Of a stretch of 64,000 nucleotides of DNA, positions 28,879 through 41,207 are shown one piece after another (position 1 is the first letter of the stretch; every line of letters begins with the position of its first letter). This DNA comes from Octopus vulgaris (taxonomy: Eukaryota). A model generated the notes under the pieces. That model was given only the letters and a program-made list of their open reading frames with translations. It searched no databases and had not been told where the DNA came from. Made by a program: the position numbers and the translations under genes. The DNA is taken from assembly GCA_951406725.2 (NCBI GenBank), contig OX597814.1, forward strand, positions 121,334,001 through 121,398,000, read 5' to 3'.

Positions 28879-31062
28879 TTTATCATGGTAGTTTTATTAA
28901 AGAATCCATTCATAATAATTTTTTTAAGTAGTGTTGGTTTGCCACGTGGATATAGTTTTTAGTTCCATTTATTCTATTTCTCCATTCATAATTTTAAATG
29001 ACGTTTGCTTTCCATGGCGCGTATTCTTTTTATACATAAGTTATGTTTCTATGGTAACGTAATTTTGGTTTGATTTTTTTAACGGCTTAGAATTTAATTT
29101 CACTTCATAATTTGAAACTGACTTGTAAGTATGTATTTTATTTCTTCTTATGTCATATTGTTATTTTTGATATTCTGGTTAATTACGATGTATTTAATGT
29201 TGTTTTTATTGGAGCGTTTATGTATGTGAGATTGTGTATGAGTGTGTGCGTTTTTTAGTTGTATAATTTATTTATCTGTATGAGTGTGGGTGTGTAAATA
29301 TTGTTGTATATATCGAGTTTAGTGAGTATGTATATGCGTATATGTGAGGGAGTATATGTATCTGTTGTGTGTGTGTGTTTTGCGTGTGTGTGTGTTTGTG
29401 TGTGAATGTGTATATGGGTTTGTTATATAGGTTTGGGGATGTATGTGTTATTTTGTCTGTGTGGGGAGGGAGTGGGTTTTTGGTGTATATTGAAGTTTAT
29501 AAGTTAGTATAGGTATGTGTGAGTGAGGTGGGTATTTGTATAAGTCGTGGGTCTGTGGTTTACGTGTGTGTATTTGTGTGTGAATGTTTAGGTTAGGGGG
29601 ATTGCTATATAGGTTTGTTATAGAGTTAGCAAAGGGAGATTTTATCGTTATATGTTTTTATGAGTTTTGGTTTATCATGGTTTTTTTAGGGAATTCGTGG
29701 TAATTTGTCTATTTACGATGTTTGTTGTTTTATTACATTGTTTCATTCATAATTTTTGAGTGGTGTTCGTTTTGCCACGTGAATATTATTTTTAATTCCA
29801 TTTATTCCATTTCTCCATTCATAATTTTAAAAGATGTTCGTTTCCAGAGCGGGAATACTTTTTATACATATGTTAAGTTCCTTGGTAACGTAATTTTGTT
29901 TGGTGTATATGTTGAGGCTTATATGTACTTGTGGGTGTGTGTGAGTGGGGTGGGTGTTTGTATTTGTTATGGGTGTGTGGTTTACGTGTGTGTATTTGTG
30001 TGTGAATGTATAGGTTAAAGGGATTGCTATATAAGTATGTTATAGGGTTTAGTAAAGGGAGGTTTTATCATTTATGTTTTTGTGAGTTTTAGTTTATCAT
30101 GGTAGTTTTATAAAAGAATCCATTCATAATTTTTTTTAATAATGTTGGTTTACCGCGTGTATATAATTTTTAATTCCATTTATTCTATTTCTCCATTCAT
30201 AATTTTAAGTGAGGTTTGCTTCCATAGCGCGTATTCTTTTTATACATAAGTTATGTTCCTATGGTAACGTAATTTGGTTTGATGTTTTTAACGGATTAGA
30301 ATTTAATTTCACTTCATAATTTGAAACTGACTTGAAAGTATGTATATTATTTCTCCTTATGTCATATTGTTATTTTTGATATTCTGGTTACTTACGATGT
30401 ATTTTATATATCGTATTATGTGTAATAATGTTGTTTTTCTTTGGAGTGTTTATGTATGTGGGATTGTGTGTGAGTGTGTGCGTATTTTGGTTGTGTAGTT
30501 TGTTTATCTGTATGAATGTGGGTGTGTTAATATTGTTGTATATATCGAGTTTGGTGAGTATGTATATGTATATGGTGTGTGTTTTACGTATGTATATTTC
30601 TGTGTGAATGTGTTTATGGGTTTGCTATTTAGGTTTGGGGATGTATGTATTTATTTGTCTGTGTGGGGTTGAGTGGGTTTTTGGAGTATATGTTGAGGTT
30701 TATATGTATGTATAGGTATGTGTAAGTGGGGTGGGTATTTGTATATGTCGTGGGTGTGTGGTTTACGTGTGTGTATTTGTGTGTGAATGTTTAGGTTAGG
30801 GGGATTGCTATATAGGTATGTTATAGAATTTAGTAAAGGGAGATTTTATCATTATATGTTTTTATGAGTTTTGGTTTATCATGGTAGTTTTGTTAAGGAA
30901 TTCGTAGTAATTTGTGTCTATATGCGATGTCTGTTGTTTTATTGCATTGTTTCATTCATAATTTTTAAGTAGTGTTCGTTTTACCAAGTGAATATAATTT
31001 TTATTTCCATTTATTCCATTTCTCCGTTCATAATTTTAAGTGATGTCCGTTTCTAGAGCGGG
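28879..31062 (+). repeat. ~1.2 kb tandem duplication (1.8 units) with internal sub-repeats inside the PLE 3' region
   Basis: TTTATCATGGTAGTTTTAT..AAGAATCCATTCATAAT at ~28879 and ~30093; AGAGCGGGAAT at ~29846 and ~31055. Confidence 0.85.
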
Positions 31063-31478
31063 AATGTGGGTTGTATGTGTGTGTGAGGGAGTATGAATAA
31101 GTATTGTGTTGAAGTATTTAGCTATTTTATTTATTTATCGTTGCCTAGACGTTTTTATGTGTATGTATAGGGATATATATATAGGTGTGTGATTTAGTGT
31201 ATGTATTTAGATATGGTTATATATAATTAGTTATATGTTTATGGGTGTATATATAGTTTATTTTTTGTTTTGTTTTATATTTTATATTTTATATTTTATA
31301 TTTTATATTTAATTGTTGATAGGTTTATTTTAGTTTATATATTGTTTATATATTGATTATATATGGATTATATATAGGTTATAAATAGATTATATATTTA
31401 TATTTTTTCATTAATACTTTAATTATTTTAAAATTATTATTTTTATATTTTAAAATATTGATATTTTAGATTGGAAGT

Positions 31479-31521
31479 CCACCTGAAGATTGTCGATCAA
31501 GACAAGAAACAATTGTAGTGG
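31479..31521 (+). ncRNA. Minimal type I hammerhead ribozyme
   Basis: Stem I CCAC/GTGG; core CTGAAGA; stem II TTGTC-gatcaa-GACAA; GAAA; stem III C-AATT-G (palindromic); cleavage triplet GTA. Confidence 0.88.
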
Positions 31522-31614
31522 CGGTTTTTTTGACTTTTTATTAAAATTTTATGTATTGATTAAGTCTTTCCTTGTTTGTTTTGCAAAATAGTGGTTTTGT
31601 CTCTAATAATATTA

Positions 31615-31652
<38 letters not shown>

Positions 31653-31955
31653 TATTTATATATATAAATATATATTCACACACACGCGCACACGCACATA
31701 TAGATGTGTATGAGTTATTTCATGCACAGCTTTCATTACGAAACCCTCCCTTTATAATCTTTGTCGACGAAAGTTCGCAGTCATTTCGTTCGGTATATCT
31801 CCTAAGTATCGTTCTATTCATTGGTGCGAAACAGTGTTAGTGACACAGATGATGACAGTTTACTTGATACAGCCTCTAACACAAGTCTTCCATTCTCATA
31901 GCAGAGTGCAGCTCTACTCCGCCGGTCATGCACCTATATTTTGTTGTGTTTTGAA

Positions 31956-32187
31956 GGTGGCGAGCTGGCAGAAACGTTAGCGCGCCGGGCGAAATGCTTA
32001 CCGGTATTTCGTCTGCCGTTACATTCTGAGTTCAAATTCCGCCGAGGTCGACTTTGCCGTTCATCCATTCGTGGTCGATAAATAAAGTACCAGTTACGCA
32101 CTGGGGTCGATGTAATCGACTTAATCCCTTTGTCTGTCCTTGTTTGTCCCCTCTATGTGTAGGCCCTTGTGGGCAATAAAGAAATAC
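31956..32187 (+). mobile_element. SINE family B (tRNA-like head)
   Basis: GGCGAGCTGGCAGAAACGTTAG...GAGTTCAAATTCC (B box)...GGGGTCGATGTAATCGAC...AATAAAGAAATA. Confidence 0.85.
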
Positions 32188-33674
32188 GTAGTTTGCTGGG
32201 TTTTGTTTTTGTCACTCAGGATCTCGTGTTAGCTTTTCACTTTCATATATCTCATACTAATAACCATCATATCAATGAGGAAGATTTTGATGTACCTTCC
32301 TCTATCTAATGGTTAATATGTAAAGAAAAATGCAATAAAACAAACACAAGCGCTAGTATGAGCACTTTAAAATATTCCTTCTATGTCAGATGATCCGAAA
32401 AATAAATTGTTTCTTGCCGATAGCCATAACGATGAAACCAATGAGAGTCGTTGTGTGTTACTAATTTATGTGGTTTACTAGGCTACATAAATATTATATT
32501 AGTATAAATTAACAGCTTTATATCATCACATATCACATAAATATCATAAGTAATTTCTTAATAGCATAAACCTGGCATTTATCTCCCAAATTAATATATA
32601 TAAATTATATAATTGTTTATAAATCTTACTAATTAAGTTGTACTTTAGAATTATTCACATTTGGGGTTAATTATTACCATGAATATTCAAATTATATGCG
32701 GATAACACAACGGTAATGAAATTGCATGTGATTTAGTGATTAACTGAGAACGAAATACTGTAACATTCTTTATTGATATGCTTTATTGCAGTAAAATTAT
32801 ATAAAGTTATTTGGCAGGATGATAGACTAATTCTTTGGTCTCCTACATTACTGGTGGTTAATGTATTGTAACAAATATACACACGTACATTTATGCGTTC
32901 ATACACACATACACATTGATATATACATACTTAGATATAAACGTACATGTATGTGTCTGCGTGTATTCATATATACGAGTAGATCCCCTGGGGATGTAAT
33001 CATTTTTTAATAATATTTGGTGGGATTGGAAAATTGAATTTAGAATTAAAGACTAAGGAAAAAGGTGAATAAAACACAGATTTATCTGTCCCTTTCTTGT
33101 TTTTTTTTATATTTTTTATGTTTTGAGGGTTACTTTTCACAATGCACTTTAAGTTTCTAATCAGTGGTAATCTTGTAAACACTATTTTATTCTTATAAAT
33201 ATCTCCACATTTGTGGAGATAGACACCATAACATGGAATACAATACTGAAACATTATTAGATTTGGAACATCATGAAAAGCTTGCCGTTCAAGTTGAACG
33301 TGTAACACAACAGGAAAGATCTGTTACATCACCGTGGCATAGTCCAGCTGTGCTGTGGCGGATTCCAGCCAATCAGAGCTTGAGGCGTATAAATAAAACG
33401 GCAGTGATCTGACTTAGCAGGAGGAACTCATTACATCAGAGAAGTGGCAGTTTCAAAAACTAGTTGCTGAAAAGGCTGTCTAGAAACAACATCGCTTCCT
33501 TTGACATGCATAATTTTTGTGTCCACCAACAAGTGCACACAACTCCCTTGAATGATACGAGCTATTAATCTACTTCAAAATGGAAGGTACATTCGTGTTC
33601 TTATTAGCTTACAGCTGCTTCTACATAACCGTTCTGTGTATGAAATATGTCATGAGATATATCGTGCTTCGTAT

Positions 33675-33742
<68 letters not shown>

Positions 33743-33770
33743 GTGTGTTATATATATATATATATATATA

Positions 33771-33810
<40 letters not shown>

Positions 33811-33876
33811 TTCTAGATGGACCCGCGAAAAGTTCAGGAAAAATATAAAAAATGTAAGCATCTGTAAATGTTTCTA

Positions 33877-35109
33877 TCAGGTCATCCCAGAAGTTCTGTC
33901 CGATTTTACCTGTTTTAAAATTGAATGAAATTTAATAGTATTGTAGAATGTCTAATGGAATTAAAAATTATTTTTATGCATTTGTGTATATTTAAACTAA
34001 TTAAATATTATTTTACAGAATAATAGAATTAAAATTTCTTTGATTTAAACCCTTTCTAACATGCAAGTATCCAAAGAGCATTTGAGGCACATAATGCTTT
34101 ATGAGTACAAAACAGGAAACTCTGCAGCCGAAGCAACTCGAAACATACACTCAGTTTATGGGAAAGAATGCCTGAATGAAAGAAGTTGCAAATGAGGTTT
34201 TTTCAAAATTCAGAAGTGGAGATTTCAGCCTTGAAGATTGAACAGGACATCCAGTTGAGTTTGATAATAAGCTTCTTGACGCATTACGTGAAGAAAATCA
34301 TTCATTATCAGCAAAGAATTGGCAATAATGCTTAGTTCAAACCATACAACTGTTCATCGTCATCTTCAACAACTTGGAAATGTTCCTAAACTTGGAAAAT
34401 GGGTGCCTCATGACTTGACGGAAAGCAACTATAAATCCTGAGTTGACATCTGCTCTTCTCTCCATTCTCACGAACTCATTTCACATTTTTTGGATAGACT
34501 TGTGACAGGTGACGACAAATTTGTGTTCTATCGAAATGTTAAACGTCGTAAACAATGGCTTGGTAAAAGAGAAAAAGCTCAACCACAACAGAGAAGGGAA
34601 CTTCATGGGAAAAAGTTTCTTCTGTCTATCTGGTGGGATTGCAAAGGAGTCATTCACTTTGAATTGTTACCACCTAATGCAACAATCAATGCTCAAGTCT
34701 ACTGTTAGCAATTAAAGCGTTTGAACAAATTTCTAAAGAGAAAAACCCGCTTTAGTGAATCAAAATGGAGTGATGTTTCATCGAAGAGCTTGGTTGGGAA
34801 AAAAATCTTCATCGACCTTATTCTCCCAACCTCGCTCCTTCAGACTACCATTCGTTTCGTAGTTTTCAGAATCATTTGGGGGACATAACTTTATCAAGCC
34901 AGGAGGAGGTCGAAACTGATATTTCAGAGTTCTTCGCTTTGAAACCGAAACAGTTTTACATTGATTCGATTAAATAGTTTGTAAATAGATGGAAGGAAGT
35001 TATAGATAATTAGGGAAAGTACATTGATGATTAAATTTCAATTCGATATAACATTTGATCACTTGTTTTCTTAATTCAAAATTCGGACAGAACTCATGGG
35101 ATGACCATG
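33877..35109 (+). mobile_element. Full-length defective mariner transposon (~1.23 kb)
   Basis: TIRs TCAGGTCATCCCAGAAGTTCTGTCCGATTTT / AAAATTCGGACAGAACTCATGGGATGACCATG, TA flanks. Confidence 0.92.
34061..35034 (+). pseudogene. Mariner DD34D-type transposase pseudogene
   Basis: MQVSKEHLRHIMLYEY..., WVPHDL, LVTGDDKF, LSIWWD, PYSPNLAPSDY; stops and frameshifts. Confidence 0.92.
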
Positions 35110-35117
35110 TATATGTT

Positions 35118-35184
<67 letters not shown>

Positions 35185-35187
<3 letters not shown>

Positions 35188-35353
35188 GTCACTACACATT
35201 CTTTATTTTCTCTCCTTGTTTCTTTCTGTGTTCCTTTCTGTGGAAGTGCGTAAGCTCAAAACGACTTATTCACTTCCCGAGCTTTATACTAATACATGGG
35301 TTTGTTGTTTACTCCACCCCTCTTCGCCTTTTGTTTTTTTGTGAATTTTCCCC
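35185..35353 (+). mobile_element. Family H1 element, degenerate
   Basis: CTTTCTGTGGAAGTGCGTAAGCTCAAAACG...TTATACTAATAC; between (TG)n and (TA)n. Confidence 0.65.
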
Positions 35354-36044
35354 ATATATATATATGTATATATATATATGTATATATATGTTTATATGCA
35401 TACACATATACACGTTTGAATCCATTCATTTTCACTGAAATTGGTTATAATGCAGGTAAATGGTCGTATTAAACCAATTTATAAAAAACATATGACATCA
35501 AGTTGAGAAACACTGGATTCTTGCCCAAGATTCATAGTACTATAGTAACACGAATGTACGGGACGTATAATTATGTGATAAATACGTTTATATGATTGCG
35601 TGTGTATTTATGCGTGTGACTGAGTGTCTATGTGCGTCTAAGCAGTATTTGTATTCATCCTTCACATACTGATTGGCAAGCCGTTCTGTTTTGTTTACAT
35701 AGCGCTTGACTATTAGAATATACATGGCCAAATATTTACACATTAAATTATATGTACATACGCTATTACACATTTAGGCGAGAATTCATACGGATAATTG
35801 AAAAGATGCATATGTGAGAATGTACATATATATGTATATATTTATATACATATATACATATACATTTATATTTCCGGACAATGGACATGAGTTAACATTA
35901 TAAAATAAGCACAGTAATAAACGAGTCAGGAAAATATATATATTAGTGCGTGTATTTATTTGGCAAAAAATATGACCATCCTGAAATACAACAATATACG
36001 CCAATTTGAATTTTGTACGTACCTGACACGTGTGTCAGGATTTT

Positions 36045-36349
36045 TTTTTATTTATATGCCTTTTCAAGCTTATCCAGGCTCATGTGCCCGGTTTCTGTGG
36101 CGTATGTTTTCCTCCAAGCTAGACGGGATGCCAGTCCATCGCAGCGTTACTCAAGAAACAGGAAGAGAGATTGAGAGAAAGTTGGGGCGAAAGAGTACAA
36201 TATGGGTTGCCACCACCCCCTGCCGGAGCCTCGTGGAACTTCAGGTTTTTTCCGCTCTATAAACACACACAACGCCCGGTCTGGGAATCGAAACCGCGAT
36301 CCTCCGACCGCGAGTCCGCTGCCTTAACCACTGGGCCATTGTGCCTTCA
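36045..36349 (-). mobile_element. tRNA-derived SINE (family C)
   Basis: Minus: TGGCCCAGTGGTTAAGGCAGCGGACTCGCGG...GGTTTCGATTCCCAGACCGGGC; A-rich tail. Confidence 0.85.
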
Positions 36350-37104
36350 TGTGTCACGATTAAGAGAAAGAAATTTTTGAAAGAAGATTTATTGCTTAAA
36401 TAAAAGCTTTTAAAAAGATTCTTTGTTATCCAGGAAGGGATTTTTAAACCGCCACCTATGTGTTGTATTATTTCTTCTCACTAAAGCATGAACGACCTTA
36501 ATGAGAAAATTAAGATATTTAAATTTAAGTTGTGTGTCGAGCAGGGGAGAGAGGAAGTGAGATAGAAAGGGAGAGCTAGTGAGAGGGAGTGGCTGATAGG
36601 TATTTGAATTCTTTTCTACGACCGAACTGAAATTGACCCCAGGCTAACCACACACACATTTGTTTTAGGCCTTCTACCCACTTGAATTCTGTCATACACC
36701 AGATAACATTTTAAGTCTTATGTTCCGAAATTTAAATTTTGAACTTGTTTTGATTATAAAATTTACACCTCAGCTAAAAAAGATCTTTTGGCTTTCGAAT
36801 ACAAGCTTTTTATTCCTTTTGTATATTTTTTGTTAAATTACAATTTCTCTGTTTTGGTCAGGATTTTTCCATGTTCTTATGTTTTTTGTATCAAGCAAAG
36901 GACGAAAGCATTAAAAAAATTCATAGTGCCAAACAAAATCAAAAATATTAAATCTATTTTTCCCTTTCCTTAATACTAATAGGAGCATAGTATAAGAGAG
37001 ATTTGACAGTTCTTTCTAGTAAATTGAATAACCATATAGTTGTTCAATTGGCTTATTTGTTGATGTGTATAAGTAAACAAAAACTAAAAGACACACACAC
37101 ACAT

Positions 37105-38130
37105 ATCTATATATGAAAGTATGTGTGTGATTATGTGTAAGTGCGATATGTGTCGCGTAGTGGAAACAAACGCAACTTCCCCTTTCTATATTTTCTGTCT
37201 AGTTAGAATTTCTCTGTTTTTGGTGAAGATTTTTCGAGTTTCTTTTTTCTTGTATCAAGCACTTAACGACAGAATTTTTTCAAAATTAAATTCATAGAGC
37301 CGAACAATATCAAAAATATTAATTCTGGTTTTTCCCTTTACTCTTTACTTTCCTACACTATAATTAATTACCGCACCCTATATACTGTGTCCTTGCATAT
37401 TAGGTGAGTATTTCAGAAACTGTCTAATACATTTGTATATGATTTTCAATTGAAACACTCGGAATCATTTTGGATATTTATTGCTTTAATAACAAGTTTT
37501 AAATAATACGGATAATCGTATGAGGGACGCAGCGCGAGAGCGTCAGAATAGAAGAGAACGGTGGCACAAGGATCAGCAGGAGGAAATAAGGAACCAAAAT
37601 GGCGTGAGGATGGGACAGAAAAGAAAAGAAATAAGCCAAGAGGAAAGGGATCGTATCCTACGGTGTAGGAGGGAAAGCAATCAGCAAAGGATAGAACAAA
37701 TGACCCAGGACCAAAGAGAAGTATATTTTCATAATAAGAGAGATGGAGATCCATAAAATCGAGAACACATGAATGAAGAGCAAAGACACCTGTACTTAGA
37801 ATATATGAGAAACAGAGCTAGATCGGCATACCAGCAAATCACAAAATCGCATCAGCTAGCGTCACCACCAACTCCAAGTCTTTGGTACTTTAGATTTGTG
37901 ATCCAGAATGAGATACAGTATATTCATGTCATTTATGTACTATGTGTTACGGTATCTTAAATTTTCACTTCTATTTAGCTCTTTAGGGATCATAAATTCT
38001 CTTGTGTCTGGGGAGAGTCATTCTCTTTTGGTGCCTTATATTTTAACACACTCACCGGTAAAATTTCCACTTATCTCTTTTCTTTTTATTTTTCTAAAAT
38101 TTTTGTTGCGTCTTGCACCATTTTCAATAG
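37105..38130 (+). mobile_element. Possible Helitron-derived element with charged R/E/Q-rich ORF remnant
   Basis: Begins TCTATATATGAAAG; 37520-37860 encodes RERQNRRER...EERDRILR...MNEEQR repeats interrupted by one stop; 37205-37340 is duplicated (diverged) at 36842-36970. Confidence 0.35.
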
Positions 38131-40824
38131 TTTTCACTCAGAAATTATTATTCATTTTTTGATGAAAACAGTACCGTGAACTTTGGAATCCAACAAAAGT
38201 TTAGTATTCACAATTGTAAATTGGAAGAAACCAACATCTCTTATTCAATAGGACTATTCTACTTCGTAGACAGGCCCCTCCAACGAATAACATCTGTTAT
38301 GGCTCTTATTCGAAGATGAAAAAGAATATACTTATTTTGACATGATGATCGCAAATAAGGCCTACCATTTTCTAATGTCACTTTATAGTGTTCAACTGTT
38401 CGCAGCATATATCATAATTCTCTTCCACCACATTACAGAATGGCTCAGAGAATATTTAATTACCTATTCATTAACTACAATAGTTCTGGTCAAATAAATC
38501 CGCGTTGAATTTGCGAAAAAAATTGTTGTTATTCTATCATCTCAATTTTCAATAGTGTAGCGTTAAGATGTAAAAATATTTATATGCATTAAGAAATAAT
38601 GAGAGAAAAATGAAATAACGCGTTCAAGAGAATATTTAATTAAAACTACTTTTAAAATTCCACGCTATGCTTGACATTGTGCTAGAATAGAGATCACAGC
38701 AAAAATAATAATTACTTTTCGTAAATACAATACATAGGAGCAAACATTCGCTGTATTTTGAACTTTTGTACAACACTTAATTTTAAGCTGCTCAAAATTA
38801 CTTATACCTCGAAAGAAAAAAAAAAGAATAGGAATTATAGTATTGAAGAGAAATGAGAAATTATATGCGATGCAACTATACAATATATTAATAAAACTTA
38901 AACGCTAAGGTTCGTTCTGGCTCAAGAGTTCAAGGTCTGCAGACGTCCTACTTTATCTTTGATAAGTATCGGTCTTAAATAATGGGTTTGTGACAGGCGT
39001 CGGTCATGTATAACGGATGTTAACCATTGTGTGACTAGGTGTGGTTTCACATGAACAAATAATTTTAAAGAAAATCATGCGAGTTTATGATATTGAAAAA
39101 GAGAGAGTTCTGTGTGTACATGTGTGTGTGCGTGTAAGTTTGTGTAAATAGGAACAGATTTCCTTTTAAACATTTTATAGTAAAGGATTCAATCATTTGG
39201 AGCTCTGTCTTTTTTTATTATGGGTTTTAAATATTTGTATGGCCCGTTATATTTATTTTAGAAGAGAAACATTCCTAAATCCATTATCAAATTTATGTTT
39301 TAAGATTATTTTAATGGTAAAACATTGCTCCCGAAACAGGAAATCAAATTTCTTAATCGCTGAAAGGAAACACTCACACCGGATCAGGTTTCGCTCTAAA
39401 ATCTCCTTTTTCCATTCGGCTTCAAGCAAGGATGTTCCCCAAAATACAAATAGTAATGTATTTGTATTACTCCACATTTGTTTTGAAAGATAACACTTCT
39501 TAACAAACTACAAGTACGGCGGCAACAAACAGCGAGAGAAATGCAAGAAGGTATTAGTTAAAAACATCTTCAACTTAGATATAACAGGACTGAAAAATGA
39601 TGAACATGATGAGATTTTGTAAAAGTAAAGAACACAACTTGCTTGTAACTAGAGGTGAAGATGAATATATTACGAAAACTATTTCACAAAACAGCGAATA
39701 CGTTAAACTTAAGAAAAATAGTTCTCCTCACCTTAAATTTTAAACTGAGTAGCTATATCACAAATAGGATCTCTATATCAGTCCATTACATAGGCAGAGT
39801 TTATCCATGCACACACACACACACACATACGACACACGTGTGTGTGTGTGTTTTGTCTGTGTTCGTGTGTATGCGTGTGTATGCTGATGATCATGAAATC
39901 TTCGGAATTTTACAGGAAACAGGTAAATTTTGGAAAATTTTCGGCATGGAACTCAAAAAAGTTTTAACCAACTGAAATTATAAACATAATCCTGGAGATT
40001 TGTATACAAAACTTCACACAATCAAAAACACCTGTTGTCCTAATGAATTTATAGACAACTAGGGATCCATTTCACTGTCCACAACTTAATTTATACATCG
40101 TTTGCATGGAAAAGAATAGAGCGACGATGCTCTAATCATTCAGAACTATATCAACGTATACAACGTGGTCTTCGCTGAAAATCACACACACACGCTCGCA
40201 TGCGCATGTACGCAGACACACAATCACACCCATATATATATATATATATATATATAAAGGGGTAACAAGAAGTTTCGTGATCGTTATTGTACTCAAGGTA
40301 ATCCGGAATGGAATTCCACCGGCAGTCAAATTTTTAAGTCAATAGTTCTGTTACCAAGTTAAGATTGTAATGTTGTCAGAGAGGGATAGAGAAAAAAAAG
40401 AGACAGAAATAATGGGTTATATATGGGTGTGTTTGTGTCAAAGAAGTTGCTGCAATGCAATGCAGCTTTGAATACTAGTTCCCCATACGGGTATATTGGG
40501 TGTATCGTGCAAAATATCCCTTTAAAACAGTATACAGCTGACAGAACCGCCTAGAGAATTCTAACTATGTATCTATCGTACATCGGATGAACCTGAACAC
40601 CTGATGAAAGAAACTTGAAAACTACGAACATCGAAATCAGAAGATTTAGCTGAATAATCAACGGAGAAGTATTGTCATTCTTTACATCGGGGTTTCTTAA
40701 GAATTTCAAAATAATTATAGGCTATATTGCAACCAGGAAAACACAAAAGAGGAAGGGACGAAGCCATTATATGTTAGAGATATTTCGAAAGTGTTAGTTG
40801 CACATAAATCATAACAATACATGC

Positions 40825-40874
<50 letters not shown>

Positions 40875-41207
40875 CCTTATCTATGTGTATTCAACAAACA
40901 GCATAAAGAATACACTTTCTATGTATAAATCTTATCTTTCTATACAATACGCTGTTCTATATATCATCACGAAAATACGTGTTTCTGTAAATTTAATAGT
41001 CATAGAGTTGTACTTAAGACTACACCCCGTTGCTTCTTCAATGCACATTAGTCAGCCAGAGTCTTGAATTCTTTTCACGTTTCAAATCAATATTTCAAGA
41101 GATTTTAACTCTTGTTAAAAATGAAATAAATTCTAAAACATATATAACAAGGTATTTTAGAGTTAGTAGTGAAATATTTGCATGATAATTATTTGAGTAG
41201 AACAGCT

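Larger units (their letters stand above)
25221..31612 (+). mobile_element. Penelope-like retroelement (EN+, probably Hydra-type clade), 5'-truncated, inserted in (TA)n
   Basis: (TA)n at ~25160-25220 and ~31613-31670; RT/GIY-YIG ORF open right up to the left TA run; terminal HHR about 90 bp before the right TA run. Confidence 0.8.

Noticed and set aside
28879-31062. Possible CRISPR-like or satellite array
   Set aside because: Long diverged units without short constant repeats and unique spacers; eukaryotic context
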